In this document: positions 53,030-64,000 of the stretch, piece after piece
Layout of the letters: each line of letters begins with the position of its first letter
Numbering within the stretch: position 1 is the first letter of the stretch
Source: Octopus bimaculoides
Taxonomy: Eukaryota
Direction: 5' to 3'
DNA: 64,000 nucleotides
NCBI RefSeq assembly: GCF_001194135.2
Contig: NC_068987.1
Span: 69,310,408 to 69,374,407 of the forward strand
The notes under the pieces: model-generated
What the model saw: only the letters and a program-made list of their open reading frames with translations
Databases searched by the model: none
Told to the model about the DNA's origin: nothing
Program-made: the position numbers and the translations under genes

Positions 53030-54563
53030 GATGATGATGATGATGTCAATGCCGATGATGACGAGGATCTCTTTGTATGTTGAAGAATTCGATCTATAAC
53101 ATTGATGTCATCGAACATCATGTTTCCTCATTAAAGCATTGACCGGTCACATTAAACTCCAGAACGTTTCGTCACTTCCTTTTCAACACTGGATCGTTTG
53201 CACCCCAACCAATTCATTTCTGTCAAATAATGCTAATTAGTTCCCGTTAAAGAGAATGAAAACGAGTTCTCGGATTTTATATATGCTTTCTTAAAAGTCA
53301 ACAATCCTCGAATTAGCAATACATGACACCCGTTTGCATTACAGAAAAATTATTTCTGAATATTCAAAAAATATTACTTTTATACATTTATTTATATTAA
53401 TCGTATTTAATGATTGCTTTCAGAATTTGTTTGAATATTTTTTTAAAAAGTAATTGCCATTTGCATTTTGTTCAGCATGGTAACGAGATGAATTTGTCTT
53501 TTCCCTAAATCTTACAGGGATCTAATTCTAACAAATAATTTTGTTTTTAAAGCTTTAAATCGCTATGTATGTCTTGAATTTTTTTCTTTTTATCTTGACA
53601 TTTTAGATTCGCATTACGTTCTGATATCTTTTTTTTTTTTCTGAAACTGAATAATCTTTTGTTTTATATACACTATATTTAGAATGATATATTTTCCGAA
53701 CGTGTACAAGTGCTACGTTTTCTCACATACTCATCTCCCAGGGCTTAATACTTTATTATTAATTTCTTGTTGTTATTGTTTTTTTTCTTCTTAGAACAGC
53801 TCCTTCTACATTTTCAGTATATCAGGGTCGGTGTAGTGGAACAGAAGGAAATAAGCTGAGGCCTTGCACGAGTGCTTTTGCAATAGAGTACACTTCACTA
53901 AAAGTACCCGAATCAGCATGGTGATTTTAAAAGCGGAGAAATTCACTTTAAATTGAAGAAAAAAGCGTGTGTTTGTGTGTGTGTGTGTGTGTTGGGGCGG
54001 GTATACGTGTGTTTGTGTATCCAAGTATAGAAGTTAACAAGAATTGGACGAACTCAATTTAGATTAGGTGTGAATTATGGAAAGTTATTCAAATGCAGGC
54101 TGCTAGAAGTTTCATAAATGAAACCCACCCTACCTAGGTTTATTGAGAAGATCTGAATTCCCCAGGCCTAAGCAGTGTGTGAAATTTTTATAAAGTTACA
54201 CACGATCTGTTACTTACACGAAGCCGGTGGTAAACCCGCATAAGAATGAATTATTTTGTTACAGGCATTAATAAACATGCAAATGTGTGTGTGTGCGTGC
54301 GTGCGTGCGTGCTGTCTTTTGAATATGTCTCCGACAGCGATTTCGATTGATTGGATATATACGCCAGAAAGTTGTAAGGTAAGAGGCTAATATATTCCTG
54401 TTTAAACTCATATGACTTAAGTACGAAAATCTTTAAACTTGTAGTTGTATTGATAGGGTCAATTTCTGCATTGAGCGACACGTTGTACTTTTGAAAAAGA
54501 TACATTATTACACGCTACTCTAGTCTAGACAACTGAGAATGAGTACCAGCCGAATGTTGGTTC

Positions 54564-54640
<77 letters not shown>

Positions 54641-54643
<3 letters not shown>

Positions 54644-54900
54644 GCTGATGTGCAGCTGGGGCAAAAGCTGGGAGAGTTTATGTGGTGTCTATATCTCCTT
54701 GCAACTACATAGACAACTAAAACAGTCAGCAGAAATATGGTACATATTGTCAAGCCATACACGTTCGAGGGTGACGGCTGGCAAGAAAAAATTGTAGCTG
54801 TCTGATCATTTCTTTCCCACATAGAACATTTATCACGGATCATTAACGGCATCAATCGCACCGGTGATATCAGAAGTGTTCCTTCTATGAGACCCACCAA
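54641..54900 (-). CDS. Candidate internal exon encoding a single-pass membrane segment (unidentified protein)
   Basis: Non-repetitive open frame running exactly from an AG (TCTATTAG|) to a GTGAGA donor. Hydrophobic run VYGLTICTIFLLTVLVVYVVA followed by RRYRHH. No family recognised. Confidence 0.3.
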
Positions 54901-55536
54901 CTAATAGACAGATACACACACACGCACACGCATACGCACACACACACACACACACGCACACACACACACACACACGCACACGTACTACAAGATGGTCAGC
55001 AAAACTTTTAGAAAGCAAATTACATGGTCAACATATCTTTTCTTATTTTGTCTTATTTATTTTACTTTATTGTTTTCTTTTTCTTACTTCGTATCTATAT
55101 ATCCACTGTCACCGCTTCATTAATACACTCCATATATGGTCATTCTAGTACTTTTAAAAACTGAAGTCTGCCGAATACATTTATTGTCTGTATATAATGA
55201 AACTATTTGCTATTTATAGAAGAGTGTGTTGTTTTAATCTGTCATGAAATGCTCTGAATTGTGTTCTGTACGTTTTCTGTCAGTACAATTAAAGAATTGT
55301 GTGTGTGCATGTATGTATGTATGTGTGTATGTATGTATGTGTGTATGTATGTATGTGTGTATGTATGTATGTACATATGTATGTGTGTGTATGGTCATCT
55401 ATATGAGTGACGGATGATGCAGTGTCGCTTATGTAACCAACAGAAGCTAGGAAGCAGGTGTTGAATAATGGAATAAACATCTATTCTCTCACTTTACGCC
55501 ATTTACGTGGCCGATTTGTATTTCTAACTATACATG

Positions 55537-55581
<45 letters not shown>

Positions 55582-55838
55582 ACATATATATATAGAGAAA
55601 TGTCTGAGAGTATGGAGTATGTCTCTAAACATTACAGAATAAAAGGTCAACTTACTGTAATTTATAAAGACATACACATAACTGCACACGTTGTACATGC
55701 ATAAATATATGAGTATCTACTTGCACATGTTTGGCACACATGATATTACCTAGTGTTGGAATTATTCATTCGTGTGGACCCTTGATTTGTTGAGCTTTAC
55801 ATACACACACACACACAAACACACGCATATCTGTATGT

Positions 55839-56274
55839 TATTTCTTTACTACCCACAAGGGGCTACACACAGAGGGGACAAACAAGGACAGACAAACGGA
55901 TTAAGTCGATTACATCGACCCCAGTGCTTAACTGGTACTTATTTAATCGACTCCGAAAGGATGAAAGGCGGAATTTGAACTCAGAACGTAGCGGCAGACG
56001 AAATACCGCTAAGCATTTCGCCCGGCGTGCTAACGTTTCTTATTTCTTTATTGCCCACAAGGGGCTAAACATAGAGGGGACAAACAAGGACAGACAAAAG
56101 GATTAAATCGATTACATCGACCCCAGTGCGTAACTGGTACTTAATTTATCGACCCCGAAAGGATGAAAGGCAAAGTCGACCTCGGCGGAATTTGAACTCA
56201 GAAGGTAGCGGCAGACGAAATCCTGCTTAGCATTTCGCCCGGTGTGCTAACGTTTCTGCCAGCTCGCCGCCTTA
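55839..56274 (-). mobile_element. Head-to-tail dimer of SINE family B with one flanking TSD
   Basis: Two near-identical monomers (55839-56040 and 56041-56274). 12-bp direct repeat ATATCTGTATGT at 55827-55838 and 56275-56286. Confidence 0.92.
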
Positions 56275-56853
56275 ATATCTGTATGTGTGCGTGTATGTGT
56301 GTCTGTATTTATTTGTGTGTGTATTTATTTGTGTATGTGTGCATGCATATATGCATGTAAATATGAATATGTAATTGTCAAATTATGTATGTCACTCTCC
56401 CATTAATTCTCTCTCTTTTAGTCTCCAAACTCGCATGCATACATATGCATGTATATGTGTATGCAAAATGCACATATTTTTAAAATGTTTACTGCGTACG
56501 AACCCCCCACCTTTTTTTTTCCTATCTATAATACCGAGCACTTTATTTGAAACATTTATGCACCAAATATTTGCAACATTGATTCTATAATGAACCAGAA
56601 CTGATATATGTCAGCCGCTCAATGGAGAATTGCACCTCTCTCACACTAAATATAAACTTTCAATTGTTATTTATAAGAGACAATTGTAAAATTGTATTTC
56701 GTGTATGTGATGTTCGTTTACATGCTATTTCGTCCCTAAAATTTATAATAAAACAAATTTGCCTATCGATCTCCACAAGAGTTTTACGGCGACCCGATTT
56801 ATTCACGCACACGCATACATACACACACACACGCGTACACACAGACACAGACA

Positions 56854-56922
<69 letters not shown>

Positions 56923-57099
56923 ACACACACGAAACTTATTTTGCACGTTCTTACTGATGAAATATCAAACACTCTTTTGGAAGCTGTTATTTAGTGAATG
57001 ACTAAAAAAAATCATCCGTCCAAAACACACACACATATACATGTATAGAACTAGACATATTGATATAATTATATATATGCATAAAATATAAATATATGT

Positions 57100-57247
57100 G
57101 CAGGAGTGGCTATGCTGTAAGTAGCTTGGTTACCAACCACATGGTTTTGGGTTCAATCCCACTGGGCAAGTGTCTTCTTCTATAGCCTCGAGCCGACCAA
57201 AGCCTTGGGAGTGGATTTGGTAGACGGAAACTGAAAGAAGCCCGTCG

Positions 57248-57250
<3 letters not shown>
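57100..57250 (+). mobile_element. SINE family A head, running into (TA)n and a gap
   Basis: GGAGTGGCT..ACCAACCACATGG..GGATTTGGTAGACGGAAACTGAAAGAAGCCCGTCG. Confidence 0.85.
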
Positions 57251-57296
<46 letters not shown>

Positions 57297-58545
57297 NNNN
57301 NNNNNNNNNNNNNNNNNNNNNNNNNNNNNNNNNNNNNNNNNNNNNNNNNNNNNNNNNNNNNNNNNNNNNNNNNNNNNNNNNNNNNNNNNNNNNNNNNNNN
57401 NNNNNNNNNNNNNNNNNNNNNNNNNNNNNNNNNNNNNNNNNNNNNNNNNNNNNNNNNNNNNNNNNNNNNNNNNNNNNNNNNNNNNNNNNNNNNNNNNNNN
57501 NNNNNNNNNNNNNNNNNNNNNNNNNNNNNNNNNNNNNNNNNNNNNNNNNNNNNNNNNNNNNNNNNNNNNNNNNNNNNNNNNNNNNNNNNNNNNNNNNNNN
57601 NNNNNNNNNNNNNNNNNNNNNNNNNNNNNNNNNNNNNNNNNNNNNNNNNNNNNNNNNNNNNNNNNNNNNNNNNNNNNNNNNNNNNNNNNNNNNNNNNNNN
57701 NNNNATATATATAACTATATATTTGTATGTGTGCATTTTATTTCCGTATTTTTCACTTTACCTTTTTTTCATTTCGGCCCCTGTATTTTGACGTACCTCT
57801 GACTTTTCTTCTCTTTTGTCTTCTTTCACATATTTCATTTTTCTTGTACTCTCACACCCTCTGCTTCTCTGATATTTAAATGTCTCCATATTTTGTCACC
57901 TTAAATTTTCTTGGCAATTTGCGTTTTATTTGTAATTTGTATTTTTTCTTTGGTGGTGATGGTGGTGGTGTGTTTTTTTTTGGTGGGGAGGGAGTTAACT
58001 TTCATCTTTTTCCATTCTTTATTCCTTTTTACACTCAGTAATGTTTTACATTTTTCTGTTTATCCCACTTCTATACATAGAAGCACACATATGCAAAACG
58101 CACCCCATTCACATGCGTACACACACTCGACACTAGAGAATCACACAAATCCGAGCATACAAACTGGTACAATTCGTATGACTGTACCTGTCTAAGTTTG
58201 CGGTTTCTAATCATATATCAGATTTTTTTCATGTAATAAACCTTTTATATTAAAAAAAACAACAAATATGTAAATAAATGAAAATATACAGCAAAAAGGC
58301 AAGTAATAATACCCTTCCCAAAAAAATAAAAATAAACGAAACATAAAGATTCCTATTACTCATTTTGCATGCACGTTTGTGTGTCGCTTGAGACCACGGC
58401 AACCATATTGCTTCAGCGCGTCATAACACGAGATTTCAGTGTGATTGCCTGTCTGCCGATACTATGCCATCCACTCTAGCTAGCTATGCCTTGTCTTCTA
58501 ATCATATCGTATGCGATGTGATTTGATTTGGGCCGTTGTCCGTCT

Positions 58546-58598
<53 letters not shown>

Positions 58599-59287
58599 TA
58601 CCTCGTCCCTGCTTGCTTAACATCTCGATTTTTTTCATCATCACCATCATCGCTATCAACGCCAACGCTGTCGTCTTCGTTGTAGAGGTCGGAAGTGGTA
58701 GAGCGGAAGTAAAGTTAACCCCTCATATTTAATGGACGTTTGAATATTAAAAACAGTAAGCGAGAGCAGCATACGCCGAGAGATAGAGAGAGAGGGGAAG
58801 AGGGAGAGGAGAGAGATAAAGAGAGAGGGGGAGACGGTAATATGAAAGATGAAAAGATACAAAAAATTGACAAATAAAATAAAGGAAACTGAGTGGGGAA
58901 GACAGAACAGTAAAAAAATATGATAACAATTAAAAGAAAATAGAAAAAAATATGAAAGCAAACAAGCAAAAATCAAGGCAAACTGTAGCGAAAACAAATG
59001 TAATAGAAAATATAAATGAATTAATGAAATAGGGACAGTGATGGTGTTGGTAGTGGCGACTGTTGTGGGAGTGGTGACGTATGGCGAGTGACGAAATGAG
59101 TAAATAAAATTATGTATATGTTAATAGCCGGGAATGGCCAAGTGTAAATTTGTGAAGCTTGGAGTGACAAATGCACGTTAATAGATGAAGGAAGGATAAC
59201 AGAAAGAGAAATAGAGAAAGCGACAAACATAGGCGGTATTTTAGACAGAGATAGAGTAAAAAGATAAATAGATAGATACATAGATTG

Positions 59288-59366
<79 letters not shown>

Positions 59367-59463
59367 AGTGAGGGAGAAGGAAGGCACAGGTGAAAAGTTA
59401 ATTGAAGCAAAATATACATAGACACACAAGTACGTGTCCCATTTGCTTAATAACGTCCAGCAT

Positions 59464-59644
59464 GCTTCCAGACCAAATGGTTCCGTGTTCAGTCCCATTA
59501 CATGGTACCTTGAACACTTGTCTTCTACTATGGTCTCGGATTGACCAAAGCCTTGCGAGTGGATTTGGTTGATGGAAACTGAAACAAGACCATTGTGTGT
59601 TTGTGTGTGTATGTGTGTGCGCGTATACACACACACACACACAC

Positions 59645-59684
<40 letters not shown>

Positions 59685-59832
59685 GCACACACACACACAC
59701 ATACACATATTTGCGTGTGTGCGTGGTTGCAATTTTGTGTCTGTCCCCCATCACTGACTGACTACCGGTGTTGGTGTGTTTATGTCACCGTAACTTAGTG
59801 GCTCGGCAAAAGAGACGGCAGATTACAGCTAG
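59464..59832 (+). mobile_element. SINE family A, both ends truncated, with (CA)n linker
   Basis: GACCAAAGCCTTGCGAGTGGATTTGG and GTCACCGTAACTTAGTGGCTCGGCAAAAGAG. Confidence 0.75.
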
Positions 59833-60081
59833 GTTATATATATATATATATATATATATATGCGAGGGATTATTGCATATATATATATATATATANNNNN
59901 NNNNNNNNNNNNNNNNNNNNNNNNNNNNNNNNNNNNNNNNNNNNNNNNNNNNNNNNNNNNNNNNNNNNNNNNNNNNNNNNNNNNNNNNNNNNNNNNNNNN
60001 NNNNNNNNNNNNNNNNNNNNNNNNNNNNNNNNNNNNNNNNNNNNNNNNNNNNNNNNNNNNNNNNNNNNNNNNNNNNNNNNN

Positions 60082-60131
<50 letters not shown>

Positions 60132-60409
60132 CAGGCTCTTGTTACATAAAAGCACACACGCAGATTTTAGTAGATGAGAATCTTGTCATGGACACCGGAA
60201 CTTCTATATCATCCAATTTTATTCCACTAGAAATCATCAGTAGGTGGCCAATCAAGCGCGCGCATTCAAGTACACAGAAACACACATGTATAAAGTCTTA
60301 AGTGTAACTGTTGGCTAAAATACTTCTAAAACATAACATTGCAATCTGGTATATTATATTATTTTTGTAGATCAGGTGGTATGTTGTATTATTATTGTTG
60401 CCTCCTGAC

Positions 60410-60590
60410 ACTTTGGCTTGACCTCGATGGAATAAATGATCAGCTGATTACAGGGATCGATATAATCGAATAACCCCGTCACTCAAAATTGCTAACTTTG
60501 TGACTAAATTAGAAATTAATTAAAGAGGCTAGCTAGCGGAGACGTTAGCACGTAGTTGTGAGTTCAAATTCCGCTGAAGTTAACTTTGCC
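60410..60590 (+). mobile_element. SINE family B fragments (a tail followed by an internally deleted head)
   Basis: GGGATCGATATAATCGA..AAAATTGCT, then GTTAGCACG..GAGTTCAAATTCCGCTGAAGTTAACTTTGCC. Confidence 0.45.
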
Positions 60591-61654
60591 TGAATGCTTG
60601 TCTATGTGGGTAGAGCAGCATTGATACTTTCTACCATATTTGGGATTTTGCAGGCAGAATGAATTCTCTCATGTAACATGTTAGTCTTTTTTTAAAAGAA
60701 TATAAATGTGCAGTTACTGGGACAAAATGTGTTTCTCCCTCATTAGTCTTTACGAATTTTTAGGAACATTTCTGTTATATATACGTAGTTATACTACCTT
60801 ATTAAATAACGATAATTATTACTTTGATTTTGTTTTTATCTTCAGCTGAATAGAACGTAAAAGAGTTATTGATGCCCAGATATATAAATGTATAACAAAA
60901 AAAAAAAATAAATGAAATAAACTCATAAAGACCACGGCAATTTTTTTTCATTAACAAGATATAGATGTATTATCGACGTAAATCACAAAGAAATTAATCA
61001 CATGACTAACAGAAAAAATCTCACATACCAATAAATTCGAAAATTTATACATAAAGTGAGGAGGCTTATTTTAATGAAAATGTGTAGGGAATCATATCTA
61101 TGCAAGGATAATATATTAAAATAAGAAGTTTTTAAAATAAGAAGGCCAGAAAGGGATAAAAAATGTTATAGAAGTGTCCAGTTGCTCTTTCGAGAATTGA
61201 AGATAATTACCATTGTATGTTACGAAGTGAGATATTAAATATTTAGATAAATGACGACAAGGTGCCTTCAACTTTGATCTTTTATTTAAACCATGCAGAT
61301 TTTGAAATGAAATGAAATACTTGTGGATTAAGCACAAAATACAAGCAAGCTCGAGCGAAAGAATTCCAAGTTATATGGTGGAATGTGTTCAAAAATAAAT
61401 AATTTTATTTTAGTAGAGACAGCACTAAATTCTTTAAAAACTAAATATACTGAGATAAACCAGTCGAAAATTTGGAAGCTGAAACTTTGCTACCTACAGT
61501 GTATCGTATTTCCATCGCGTATTTTATCAGGCAATTAATTCCCGCTGACAAAACAATAATTTGGAACAAAGAGTATGCAGGTAGGCCTTAACGTTATAAA
61601 TTTTTTCCGAATTTTCTAAAACAACATATACATGTATGTGCGTATAATAATATA

Positions 61655-61875
61655 CTATTATTCTTTTACATGTTTCAGTCATTTGACTGCGGCCATGCTG
61701 AAGCACCACCTTGAAGAGTTTTAGTCGAAGCAATCGACCCCAGGTCTTATTCTTTGTAAGCCAAGTATTTATTCTATCTGTCTCTTTTGCTGAACTGCTA
61801 AGGTACGGGGTGGTTAACACACCAACATCGGTTGTCAAGCGATGGTAACAAACACAGACACACAAAGACACACAC
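61655..61875 (-). mobile_element. SINE family A, tail half only
   Basis: TGTTTCAGTCATTTGACTGCGGCCATGCTG..AATCGACCCCAGG..CATCGGTTGTCAAGCGATG. Confidence 0.85.
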
Positions 61876-62510
61876 ACATAAATATACACTCCCATATATA
61901 TATATATATTTGTATATATATTTGTAATATGTCTTTTTTTCTACATTTTTTCGTGCAGCTGAAGATTGCTCTTCATATTGCATTTAAGGTAATGCTCACA
62001 TTACTTAAATAAATTGAAGTAGCATGAAACGTGCGTACTGCAATCACTTTTGAAATCCGTGTTGCTTATTATTTGATATANNNNNNNNNNNNNNNNNNNN
62101 NNNNNNNNNNNNNNNNNNNNNNNNNNNNNNNNNNNNNNNNNNNNNNNNNNNNNNNNNNNNNNNNNNNNNNNNNNNNNNNNNNNNNNNNNNNNNNNNNNNN
62201 NNNNNNNNNNNNNNNNNNNNNNNNNNNNNNNNNNNNNNNNNNNNNNNNNNNNNNNNNNNNNNNNNNNNNNNNNNNNNNNNNNNNNNNNNNNNNNNNNNNN
62301 NNNNNNNNNNNNNNNNNNNNNNNNNNNNNNNNNNNNNNNNNNNNNNNNNNNNNNNNNNNNNNNNNNNNNNNNNNNNNNNNNNNNNNNNNNNNNNNNNNNN
62401 NNNNNNNNNNNNNNNNNNNNNNNNNNNNNNNNNNNNNNNNNNNNNNNNNNNNNNNNNNNNNNNNNNNNNNNNNNNNNNNNNNNNNNNNNNNNNNNNNNNN
62501 NNNNNNNNNN

Positions 62511-62905
62511 AGTGGCTGTGTGGTAAGTAGCTTGCTTACTAACCACATGGTCCCGGGTTCAGTCCCACTGCGTGGCATCTTGAGCAAGTGTCTTCTACTA
62601 TAGCCTCGGATCGACCAAAGCCTTGCGAGTGGATTTGGTAGACGGAAACTGAAAGAAGCCCGTCGTATATATGTATATATATGTATGTGTTTGTGTGTCT
62701 ATGTTTGTCCCCCTAACATCGCTTGACAACCGATGCTGGTGTGTTTATGTTCCCGTAACTTAGCGGTTCGGCAAAAGAGTCTGATAGAATAAGTACTAGG
62801 CTTCTAAAGAATAAGTCCTGGGGTCGATTTGCTCGACTAATGGCGGTGCTCCAGCATGGCCACAGTCAAAAGACTGAAACAAGTAAAAGAGTAAAAGAGA
62901 AAGAG
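62511..62905 (+). mobile_element. SINE family A, full-length reference copy
   Basis: tRNA-like head (GTGGCTGTGTGGTAAG; GGGTTCAGTCCC), CTTGAGCAAGTGTC, short TA/TG linker, tail ending in (GTAAAAGA)n. Confidence 0.92.
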
Positions 62906-63241
62906 TAAAGCGTATATATATACATGTTTGTGTGTTATACACACACATACACGCTATACATATGCATATAAACACGGCAGGCTTCTGTTCTGTTTCGGTC
63001 TACATAATACATTTTTACATACACCGTCTGTATGTATATGTAAAAATTACTTTTCATAAAAAGTAGTGTTTTAAGAGCATATATGCGAATCTAGTGTGAG
63101 TCCATACGTATTAGAATGCAGCACCTTTAGTGTATGTATATGTAATATTTTACTTTCATAAATTTCCTCATGCATATGTCCTAATGCAAATGCATGTCTG
63201 TAAATGTGTATGTGCTAGTGTACGTTCATACACAACTATGA

Positions 63242-63304
<63 letters not shown>

Positions 63305-63829
63305 TAATATCCCTCTACTTTCACTCCATATTTGCCATGTTTCGCACACTGGACCTCTTTCTACTTAGCACTCCCTCCTCTCACCTCATCTTTGGTTGTA
63401 ATAGAAATTAATGTTGAAATAACTGTATCGTGTCCTCTTCTAACTGCCAACCTTTACTCTCCTTTCACACCAGCACGGTCAACCCTCAGCATATCACGCT
63501 TACTCCTTACCATTCCCATCCACTATCATGTGTCCCCGCGTCATTCCTCTTTCCCTAATTTCCGCCATTACTACACAGATATTTACTCACGTACACAGCC
63601 TCACATATGCATACACATGCTTATAAATATAAAAATACACACGCGCACGAAGATGTCTCTTTTACTCTCTCTATCCTGGAAACGCAGACAGAAATGTGGT
63701 GACTTAGGATGGCCCGCCATATACTAGTTTGGTAGTCCTATATTCAATTGTATTTGCTTCCGTCTGTATCTCACGTTTGCTCTAATAATATTTTCCCCTT
63801 ATCTTGTTTATTACGTAAATTATTTATGT

Positions 63830-64000
63830 GTTGATGATCATCAACATGATCATAATCATGATCAACAGTGTCGTCTTGTCGTCATCACTATCATCACCAT
63901 CATCATTACCAGAGCCACCATCAGCACCACCACCACCACCATCACCACCACCACCACCGCCGCCACCACCACCGCCACCACCACCACCACCGCCACCACC
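63830..64000. repeat. (CAT)n/(CCA,CCG)n trinucleotide tract continuing past the window edge
   Basis: Direct reading of the sequence. Confidence 0.85.

Noticed and set aside
53795-53924. Strong plus-strand acceptor followed by a 42-codon frame (TAPSTFSVYQGRCSGTEG...)
   Set aside because: No recognisable homology and no convincing donor; T-rich AG sites are common here.

Overview
AT-rich eukaryotic non-coding DNA (intron or intergenic), most likely from an octopus. This assignment rests on recalled octopus tRNA-derived SINE sequences and the extreme microsatellite load; no database search was run. No protein-coding gene can be named. Nearly all listed ORFs are translations of microsatellites or run through the 15 N-gaps (about 4.1 kb, mostly flanked by (TA)n or (TG)n). 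The window holds about 28 copies or fragments of four tRNA-headed SINE families (labelled A-D here), two hAT-type MITEs (one with a perfect 8-bp TSD), a mariner transposase remnant, an L1/Tx1-like ORF2 remnant and two decayed Penelope-like RT regions. Most notable: (1) a SINE whose 3' part is a minimal Penelope-type hammerhead ribozyme, split onto opposite strands by an inversion (41027-41265); (2) a head-to-tail SINE dimer enclosed by one 12-bp TSD (55839-56274); (3) a CpG-rich, homeodomain-motif-rich island where strand composition flips, as expected for a bidirectional promoter or enhancer (23.8-25.0 kb); (4) a few isolated candidate exons, the best a 260-nt minus-strand exon encoding a transmembrane-like segment (54641-54900).
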